Source: Bacteroidota bacterium (lineage in GTDB: Bacteria; Bacteroidota; Bacteroidia; NS11-12g; UBA955). Taken from it: a stretch of DNA of 64,000 nucleotides. Location: positions 7,184-71,183 of the forward strand of contig VGFS01000006.1 in NCBI GenBank assembly GCA_016868785.1, given 5' to 3'. A model generated the notes under the pieces. That model was not told the origin of the DNA. It worked only from the letters and a program-made list of their open reading frames with translations, and made no database searches. Positions 55,898 to 64,000 of the stretch are shown here, piece after piece. Each line of letters starts with the position of its first letter. Position 1 is the stretch's first letter. Both the position numbers and the translations under genes were made by a program.

Positions 55898-56425
55898 ATG
55901 AGCAACCCGTTCAAACACCCCAAACCCGAAAGCAAACCCATGGAAATTCCAGCCTTGGGTGAGCTGCGAAAAAAGGTGCATCAACAAGGCAAAACCCTGC
56001 GGGCTACCCTCAAAAAACTGAAACAAAAACCACCGCGGGACCTCGATGAACAGTTCGAGAAATTGCACAATCAAGCCTTCAAAAAAATTGACTGCCTCAA
56101 CTGTGGCAACTGCTGCAAAACCACCTCACCCATGCTGTTCGAAAAAGACATCGAACGGTTGGCAGCTCGTTTCAACATGAAACCCGGTGATTTTGTGCGA
56201 CATTACCTTACCATAGATTCCGACGGACTATACTGCTTTCAGCAAACGCCCTGCCCCTTTCTCGGTGATGACAACGCCTGCTCGGTGTACGAAGACCGTC
56301 CAAAAGCCTGTCGAGAATTCCCCCACACCAACCACCGCAAAATGCACACCCACCTGGCCCTGGCCCACCACAACGTCGAAATTTGTCCCGCCGTATTCGC
56401 CATCGTGGAACAACTCAAGGCCTAA
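55898..56425 (+). CDS. YkgJ-family cysteine-cluster protein (UPF0153)
   Basis: CLNCGNCCKT.. and ..CPFLGDDNACSVYEDRPKACREFP.. match the CxxCxxCC pattern. Confidence 0.8.
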   Translation: MSNPFKHPKPESKPMEIPALGELRKKVHQQGKTLRATLKKLKQKPPRDLDEQFEKLHNQAFKKIDCLNCGNCCKTTSPMLFEKDIERLAARFNMKPGDFVRHYLTIDSDGLYCFQQTPCPFLGDDNACSVYEDRPKACREFPHTNHRKMHTHLALAHHNVEICPAVFAIVEQLKA

Positions 56426-56493
56426 CCCAAAACGGCATCGCAACCGCAGAAATACTATCAACAATTTCAAACAAAACCATGACCGCGATGGGT

Positions 56494-56501
56494 TATATTT
56501 G
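56494..56501 (+). promoter_or_regulatory. Candidate -7 box (TATATTTG) for lepA
   Basis: TATATTTG, 20 nt upstream of the ATG at 56522. Confidence 0.4.
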
Positions 56502-56521
56502 CAGTTCTTTTTGAACGCTTC

Positions 56522-58312
56522 ATGCAAAACATTCGCAACTTCTGTATCATTGCCCACATCGACCATGGAAAAAGCACCCTGGCCGACCGATTGCTCGAAT
56601 ACACCAACACGGTGAGTAAGCGCGACTTACAGGCACAGGTGTTAGACGACATGGACATTGAGCGCGAGCGTGGGATTACCATCAAGAGCCACGCCATTCA
56701 AATGAATTATGAGCTGGACGGACAGCACTACATTTTGAATTTGATCGACACCCCTGGGCACGTAGATTTCAGTTACGAGGTGAGCAGAAGTATTGCGGCT
56801 TGCGAAGGGGCATTGTTGATCGTAGACGCATCTCAAGGAATTGAAGCACAGACCATTAGCAATTTGTTCATGGCTTTGGAGCACGACTTGGAGATCATTC
56901 CAGTGTTAAACAAAATTGACCTCCCGGGTGCGATGCCTGAGGAAGTAAAAGACGAGATTGTGGATTTGATTGGTTGCGACAGAGACAGCATCATTCCTGC
57001 CAGTGGCAAAACGGGTCACGGCGTGCACGACATATTGAAGGCCATTGTAGCCAGGGTTCCCGCACCCAAGGGTGAAATCAACGCACCGCTGAAGGCCTTG
57101 ATTTTCGACTCAGTATTTAACTCTTTCAGGGGGATTATTGCCTATTACCGCGTCATTGATGGTAAGATTAAAAAGGGGCAGCACGTAAAATTCATGAACG
57201 GGGGCAGTGAATATTATGCCGATGAAGTGGGTATTTTGAAATTGGATTTGAGTCCGCGCAACGAAGTCTGCGCGGGCGATGTAGGCTATATCATCTCAGG
57301 AATCAAAGACGCCAAAGAAGTAAAAGTGGGCGACACACTCACAGACAAAGCCCTGCCTGCAACACAGGCCATCGAAGGGTTCGAGGATGTGAAACCCATG
57401 GTATTTGCGGGCATTTATCCCGTGGATACCGAAGATTTCGAGGAATTGCGCGAAGCGATGGGCAAATTGCAACTCAACGACGCGAGCATTGTCTTTGAAC
57501 CCGAAAGTTCAGCGGCATTGGGCTTCGGATTCCGTTGCGGATTCTTGGGAATGCTCCACCTGGAAATCATTCAAGAACGCCTAGAGCGCGAGTTCAGCAT
57601 GACGGTCATCACCACCGTTCCCAACGTAAGCTACGTGGCTTATACCACCAAAGGGGAAATGGTATTGGTGAACAACCCCACTGATTTGCCACCGCCCGAA
57701 AAAATCGACTACGTAGAAGAACCATACATCCGTGCCAGCGTGATTACCAAGAGCGACTACGTAGGTCCGATTATGACTTTATGTCTCGACAAACGAGGCA
57801 TTCTTACCAACCAAATTTATTTGACCAGCGATCGGGTTGAAATGAATTTCGAGATGCCTTTGGCAGAGATCGTGTTCGACTTCTACGATCGATTGAAATC
57901 AATATCCAAGGGCTACGCCAGCTTCGATTACTCTCCTTTGGGATACAAAGAGAGCAAATTGGTAAAGATGGACATCATGCTCAACGGAAAAGGGGTGGAT
58001 GCGCTCAGTGCAATTATTCACCGCGACAATGCCCAAGATTTGGGTCGCAAAATTTGCAAGAAACTCCGTGATTTGATTCCCCGTCAACAGTTTGAAATTG
58101 CCATTCAGGCGGCTGTGGGTGCTAAAATCATCTCTCGTGAAACCTTATCTGCCATGCGCAAAGACGTTACTGCCAAGTGTTACGGTGGCGACATTTCCCG
58201 TAAGCGAAAATTGTTGGAAAAACAAAAAGCTGGTAAAAAACGCATGAAGTCGGTGGGCAATGTCGATATTCCCCAAAGCGCCTTCATGGCCGTCCTCAAA
58301 TTGAACGAGTAA
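56522..58312 (+). CDS. lepA: Translation elongation factor 4
   Basis: [20 protein letters not shown].., [13 protein letters not shown], and the LepA-specific C-terminal domain. Confidence 0.98.
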   Translation: MQNIRNFCIIAHIDHGKSTLADRLLEYTNTVSKRDLQAQVLDDMDIERERGITIKSHAIQMNYELDGQHYILNLIDTPGHVDFSYEVSRSIAACEGALLIVDASQGIEAQTISNLFMALEHDLEIIPVLNKIDLPGAMPEEVKDEIVDLIGCDRDSIIPASGKTGHGVHDILKAIVARVPAPKGEINAPLKALIFDSVFNSFRGIIAYYRVIDGKIKKGQHVKFMNGGSEYYADEVGILKLDLSPRNEVCAGDVGYIISGIKDAKEVKVGDTLTDKALPATQAIEGFEDVKPMVFAGIYPVDTEDFEELREAMGKLQLNDASIVFEPESSAALGFGFRCGFLGMLHLEIIQERLEREFSMTVITTVPNVSYVAYTTKGEMVLVNNPTDLPPPEKIDYVEEPYIRASVITKSDYVGPIMTLCLDKRGILTNQIYLTSDRVEMNFEMPLAEIVFDFYDRLKSISKGYASFDYSPLGYKESKLVKMDIMLNGKGVDALSAIIHRDNAQDLGRKICKKLRDLIPRQQFEIAIQAAVGAKIISRETLSAMRKDVTAKCYGGDISRKRKLLEKQKAGKKRMKSVGNVDIPQSAFMAVLKLNE

Positions 58313-58329
58313 TGTAACTTTGGGAAACT

Positions 58330-59466
58330 ATGTTTTCCCTGGGGTATTGTGAAGAGACCATCGCCATGATGGAGTTGAGTCTGTGCGAAGGCATTGGACC
58401 TGTGGTAGGCAAGCATTTAATCCATCATTTTGGCGATGCACAACGCGTTTTTTTGGCCACCAAATCCGATTGGCAGGATCAAGCAGGAATCAACGCAAAG
58501 TTGTCGTTCCAGTTACAACTGAGCAAGGACAATGGATGTAAGGCGGCTCGCGAGCTCGCCGCCACCCACCAAAAATTGGGGATACGCGGAACGGCCATCC
58601 ATCACCCCGATTATCCTTACCGACTTAAAGAACTCGCCAACGCACCACTGGTATTATACTCCAAGGGGGAGATTCCTTGGAATGGACCGAGAATTTTGGG
58701 CGTTGTGGGCACCCGAAAGCCCACACCACAGGGCGCAGCCCTTACGCGGGAGTGGGTGGAACAACTGCAGGCATTCAATGTATCCATCGTCAGTGGATTG
58801 GCCTACGGAATTGACATCTTGGCGCACAAAGCAGCCTTGCAAGCAAATATCCCCAATTGGGCGGTACTGGCCCATGGCGTTGACCACATCTACCCACCCT
58901 CTCACCAAAGCACCGCCGAAGCCATGATTGATCATGGCGGTGGACTGCTGTCTGATTTTCCCGCAAACACCAAAATGCACCCCGATTACTTCCCCAAACG
59001 CAACCGCATTGTTGCCGGGTTGTGCGATGCCCTGTTGGTGGTTGAAAGCGGCGTGAAAGGTGGCTCCATGATTACGGCCAGCATCGCCCATGGGTACAAC
59101 CGAGAGATTTTTGCTGTTCCCGGCAGACCCAGCGATAGCACATCCTCAGGCTGCAATTTCCTCATCAAGCAACAAATGGCTCACCTTACGCGGGATGTAG
59201 ATGATATCGCAGAAGTGATGGGATGGTCGAGGCGTGGACCCGCAAATACCCCACAAAACCATGAACGTCAGCTCACCTTGTTTGGCAACCTCAACCCCAT
59301 TGAGCAACAAGTGATGCAGTGGCTGATCGCCGGCGTGCAAAAACCCGAAGAGATGCTTCAAAAAACAGAATGGTCGGCCAGCCACATTGCCATGGCACTG
59401 CTCGATTTGGAATTAAAAGGACTGGTTACGGCTCAAGCGGGAAACCTCTATACCGCAAGGTGTTAA
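58330..59466 (+). CDS. dprA: DNA-processing protein DprA
   Basis: ..GIGPVVGKHLI.. (SAM-like N-terminus), Rossmann core ..VSGLAYGIDILAHKAAL.., ..GGSMITA... The start could be 58330 or the MME.. Met at 58366. Confidence 0.9.
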   Translation: MFSLGYCEETIAMMELSLCEGIGPVVGKHLIHHFGDAQRVFLATKSDWQDQAGINAKLSFQLQLSKDNGCKAARELAATHQKLGIRGTAIHHPDYPYRLKELANAPLVLYSKGEIPWNGPRILGVVGTRKPTPQGAALTREWVEQLQAFNVSIVSGLAYGIDILAHKAALQANIPNWAVLAHGVDHIYPPSHQSTAEAMIDHGGGLLSDFPANTKMHPDYFPKRNRIVAGLCDALLVVESGVKGGSMITASIAHGYNREIFAVPGRPSDSTSSGCNFLIKQQMAHLTRDVDDIAEVMGWSRRGPANTPQNHERQLTLFGNLNPIEQQVMQWLIAGVQKPEEMLQKTEWSASHIAMALLDLELKGLVTAQAGNLYTARC

Positions 59467-59467
59467 A

Positions 59468-61300
59468 TTACTTCTTCTTTTGTGTAGCAGCGCGCTGTTG
59501 ACTCACCTTCATCGCCTCTTCCATGCGTTGCTGGAATTTCGACTTGGTGACAGGCTTTTTGCGGTTCTCAGCAATTTGCGCATGCAATTTCGCATCGTCT
59601 ACAGTTCTACGAATCGCCCATTGCTGTCCGAAAGTAACCATGTTACTCACAAAGTAATACCACGTCAATCCCGCCGCGTAATCGTTCAATACACCCAAGA
59701 AAATCACAGGCATGAAGTAACCAATGTATTTCATTTGCCCGGTTACCCCAGAAAGTTGGTTGTTGAAATGGGTATAAATGAGGGTAGAAACCGTCATCAA
59801 CAGGGTGAAGAAACTCACGTGATCGCCATAGAAAGGAATGTTAAAGCCCAGGCTTGGACCATCGTACTGCGACAAATCGGCGGCCCACATGAAGGCTTTC
59901 TGTCGCAATTCGAAGGCGTTGGGGAAGAACTGGAACATCGCAAACAAAATAGGCATTTGCAACAAAACTGGAATACATCCACTGAGCGGTGAAACACCTG
60001 CTTTGCGGTACATGGCCATGTTTTCTTGCTGCATTTTCTGCATATCGTTGCCATGCTTTTCCTTGATCACATCCAACTCCGGCTTCAAAATACGCATTTT
60101 GGCAGTGCTGATATACGACTTATAAACCAAGGGCAACAAGGCTGTTTTGATGATGATGGTTAACAACAAAATGATGATACCCATACTACCTATAACGCCA
60201 TCGAGCATGTGGAATACAGGAATTACTACATAGCGATTTACCCAACCAAAAATGCCCCATCCCAAGGGGATAATGCGCTCAATACCGGCGTTGGCTTTAC
60301 CCACCGAAGCTTCTTGCAAGGTGTAGTATTGGTTTGGGCCAAAATAGTAGTTAAATCCGTATTCTTTGAATGCTTGTCGGTCGTAATCCAAATACACCTC
60401 TGCTTGCAAATCTTTGATTTTACCAGGCTCTTTGGTCTCTTTCCACGCCACTTTGGCATCAGAGGAGAATCCAGAATCAGCCACCATGATGGCAGAGAAA
60501 TATTGCTGCTTGAATCCCACCCACTCGAGGTTATTTTTGAGTTCTTCTGCGTCCGGACTTGCAACATCGAGTTTATCAGCATCCTCACCCACCATCTTGT
60601 ATACAACGGTGGTGTTTTGGGTCTCCCATTTCATGTCGCGCTCCTGCTTGTGAAGCTGTGCACGCCAAAACACTTTGATTCCCGAAGTGCGAGACTTCAC
60701 CATCTCATCAATTCCTTTCAGGGCAATCGCATGCTTCAAGGTATATCCTTTGTTGTCTAGGGTGTAAGTTTGATCAATGTATCGCGCAGAATCCCCCAAA
60801 CGAAGGGTAACACTGCTCGGTGATTGTTTCACGACATTCCAATAAAAATCGGCGCTATTCAAAGCCCCATTGGCTGTATAAAGTTCAAAAAACCATTGGT
60901 TGTAAGCGTCAAGGTTCGACAGCAATTCCAAAGCCGAAGAATCGGAACGTTTATGCTTGTTCAGAACCACTTTTCCGATGTTGCCCCCTCTGGTTCTAAT
61001 ATCGACCTGCAATTGCTCGCTTTTCAGGGCGATAAACTGCGACTCCCCTTTCAACTGGCTAGCCATAATGCCCAAGGTACCTACCAAAGCAGAATCGGCA
61101 ACCACAGCCGGTTTTTGTGCAACGGCGGCTTGACTGTCCAACCCGTTGTTTGCGGAAGTTTTGGCAACCTCAATTTTGGCGAGACTGTCTTGCTGATGTT
61201 GAAATGCTGTTTGCTGCTCAGGCGTTGGTGCAGTGTACCAATAATATCCGATCAGGATAAGAAAGATGAGCGAAAAGCCAATGACTGTATTACGATCCAT
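59468..61300 (-). CDS. yidC: Membrane protein insertase YidC (long Bacteroidota type)
   Basis: MDRNTVIGFSLIFLILIGYYWY.., a large periplasmic P1 domain, and the conserved C-terminal core ..MRILKPELDVIKEKHG..AGVSPLSGCIPVLLQMPILFA... Start at ATG 61300. Confidence 0.95.
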   Translation of the reverse strand: MDRNTVIGFSLIFLILIGYYWYTAPTPEQQTAFQHQQDSLAKIEVAKTSANNGLDSQAAVAQKPAVVADSALVGTLGIMASQLKGESQFIALKSEQLQVDIRTRGGNIGKVVLNKHKRSDSSALELLSNLDAYNQWFFELYTANGALNSADFYWNVVKQSPSSVTLRLGDSARYIDQTYTLDNKGYTLKHAIALKGIDEMVKSRTSGIKVFWRAQLHKQERDMKWETQNTTVVYKMVGEDADKLDVASPDAEELKNNLEWVGFKQQYFSAIMVADSGFSSDAKVAWKETKEPGKIKDLQAEVYLDYDRQAFKEYGFNYYFGPNQYYTLQEASVGKANAGIERIIPLGWGIFGWVNRYVVIPVFHMLDGVIGSMGIIILLLTIIIKTALLPLVYKSYISTAKMRILKPELDVIKEKHGNDMQKMQQENMAMYRKAGVSPLSGCIPVLLQMPILFAMFQFFPNAFELRQKAFMWAADLSQYDGPSLGFNIPFYGDHVSFFTLLMTVSTLIYTHFNNQLSGVTGQMKYIGYFMPVIFLGVLNDYAAGLTWYYFVSNMVTFGQQWAIRRTVDDAKLHAQIAENRKKPVTKSKFQQRMEEAMKVSQQRAATQKKK

Positions 61301-61311
61301 GAATAAAGCGA

Positions 61312-61319
61312 CAAAGTTA
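61312..61319 (-). promoter_or_regulatory. Candidate -7 box (TAACTTTG) for yidC
   Basis: Minus-strand TAACTTTG, 11 nt upstream of the ATG at 61300. Confidence 0.3.
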
Positions 61320-61458
61320 ACGATTTTTTGCGTGGAAGCACGGAAATTTCCGAGGTAAATGGCCCGTTTACTACCCCAAAATTGAGAATGCTTAAAACTT
61401 ACTTCCACCCGCACAGCAACTATTTTTCAAAACCTTTGGAGATGGCAAAACCTTTCTG

Positions 61459-61466
61459 TATTTTTG
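61459..61466 (+). promoter_or_regulatory. Candidate -7 box (TATTTTTG) for atpD-atpC
   Basis: TATTTTTG, 14 nt upstream of the ATG at 61481. Confidence 0.35.
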
Positions 61467-61474
61467 CGCACTGA

Positions 61475-62992
<1,518 letters not shown>

Positions 62993-62997
62993 TTACC

Positions 62998-63228
62998 ATG
63001 TTTGTAGAATTATTGACCCCCGATAATACCCTTTTCAGCGGCGAAGCAGAAGTAATTACACTTCCTGGTGTGAATGGTAGTTTCCAGTTGATGGAAAACC
63101 ACGCGCCCTTGATTGCCAACCTGAAATCAGGCAGTATCGAGATCAAAGACAAAAACGAAACCCAAACTTTTGAAATCAAAAGTGGATTGGTGGAAGTTTT
63201 GAAAAACAAAGTGGTTGTGCTGGTATAA
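62998..63228 (+). CDS. atpC: F1 ATP synthase subunit epsilon, short form (beta-sandwich only)
   Basis: MFVELLTPDNTLFSGEAEVITLPGVNGSFQLMENHAPLIANLKSGSIEI... 76 aa, starting 5 nt after atpD. Confidence 0.85.
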   Translation: MFVELLTPDNTLFSGEAEVITLPGVNGSFQLMENHAPLIANLKSGSIEIKDKNETQTFEIKSGLVEVLKNKVVVLV

Positions 63229-63263
63229 GTCCAACAGAAAATCGAGAAATAGTAACTTTATCA

Positions 63264-63314
63264 ATAAGTGCAACAAAAAAGGCTCCCATTGGGAGCCTTT
63301 TTTGTTGCACTTAT
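63264..63314. terminator. Very long perfect inverted repeat / bidirectional terminator after atpC
   Basis: ATAAGTGCAACAAAAAAGGCTCCCA (63264..63288) is the exact reverse complement of TGGGAGCCTTTTTTGTTGCACTTAT (63290..63314). The GC core GGCTCCC/GGGAGCC is flanked by A6/T6. Confidence 0.75.
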
Positions 63315-63578
63315 CCACACCAACCCTAAACAAAATCCTCACCCACTCCAACTATTTTAATCATTGCACTAATCCGAAGCACATTCAAAAAATATCGAAA
63401 ATCCAATGTTTACAAGCATCTTCGATAAATTAAAAATCTAAAAAAGACAAAGTGTTAAAAAGACACTAAACACATTCCTCTTATTAACATTTATTTTGTA
63501 TAACTTATTACGTTCGTAAATTCAACAAAAAATTCGGTAACTCTTAAACAAAACCCCATATTTGTATAAGTTATCACC

Positions 63579-64000
63579 ATGAACGTTATACAAAACGATT
63601 TCGACCAACTTATCGCAGCAGAGCTCATGCCCCTGCGCAATTATGCCTTGTCCCTCACGCACAACATGGACGAGACCAAAGACTTGGTGCAGGAAACCGT
63701 ACTCAAAGCCTATCGGTATCGCGCCAAATTCCAAGAAGGCACGAACCTTCGTGGCTGGCTGTACACCATCTTAAAAAATAGTTTCATTAACAATTATCGT
63801 CGCGACATGAAGCGCAATACGTTTTTGGACAGTACGGACAACAGTTACTTCATTGATCTGCCATCACACAAGATCGATAACGATGCGGAAACCAAGTTTA
63901 TCCGTCGCGATTTAGACCGCGCCATCGACGACTTGGCCTTCGACCTAAGGGTAACATTCAAACTCAACACCGAAGGGTACAAATACCACGAAATTGCAGA
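63579..64000 (+). CDS. ECF-type RNA polymerase sigma-70 factor, N-terminal ~140 aa (3' end lies right of the window)
   Basis: My translation from ATG 63579 gives MNVIQNDFDQLIAAELMPLRNYALSLTHNMDETKDLVQETVLKAYRYRAKFQEGTNLRGWLYTILKNSFINNYRR.., i.e. sigma region 2. It is open to the window end and is absent from the ORF track because no stop is reached. Confidence 0.85.
   Translation, partial: MNVIQNDFDQLIAAELMPLRNYALSLTHNMDETKDLVQETVLKAYRYRAKFQEGTNLRGWLYTILKNSFINNYRRDMKRNTFLDSTDNSYFIDLPSHKIDNDAETKFIRRDLDRAIDDLAFDLRVTFKLNTEGYKYHEIA

Noticed and set aside
63127-63433. Two ORFs on opposite strands (63127..63351 minus, 63215..63433 plus) sharing a near-identical CNKKGS(Q/H)WEPFLLHL peptide.
   Set aside because: The shared peptide is an artefact of the 51-nt perfect palindrome of the atpC terminator being translated on both strands. 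There is no start context or homology.

Overview
This window reads as a gene-dense (roughly 90% coding), mid-GC core chromosomal segment of a Bacteroidota-type genome. Lineage clues are recurrent TAnnTTTG -7 promoter boxes just upstream of genes, a DUF4249 lipoprotein, a PorT-like barrel next to ubiE, an S16 with a long acidic tail, and atpD-atpC standing apart from the other atp genes. I can support about 62 protein-coding genes, one tRNA-His, one decayed DUF2200 pseudogene, seven rho-independent terminators and a set of candidate promoters. Content is mostly housekeeping: recJ, dnaK, lepA, yidC, atpDC, pgk, glyQS, hisS, uvrD/pcrA, rpsP-rimM, trmD, tgt, folE, panB, dcd, psd, two Glu/Leu-type dehydrogenases, engB, dprA and corA. 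There are also small envelope-glycan modules: GT4-asnB-flippase, and gmhB beside a Dpm1-like GT2 and a GT-C enzyme. I found no transposases, integrases, CRISPR arrays, phage genes or recognisable defence or toxin modules, and no convincing novel multi-gene system. The notable items are local oddities. (1) A self-contained transcription unit encodes a secreted Ala/Cys/Lys low-complexity protein with three CCKK motifs. (2) A crtY-blh retinal-synthesis pair has no opsin in the window. (3) Many -7 boxes sit 4-8 nt from start codons, implying leaderless mRNAs; one case is a divergent gene pair whose ATGs overlap in a CATG. (4) An animal-type (Cx5HGH) PTPS is fused to folE as an operon. (5) The DUF2200 gene is killed by both a TGG->TAG change and a homopolymer frameshift. 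(6) There is an HTH-only LysR remnant and a stand-alone MetH homocysteine-binding module. All functional calls come from reading the translated ORFs against remembered family motifs; no database search was run.
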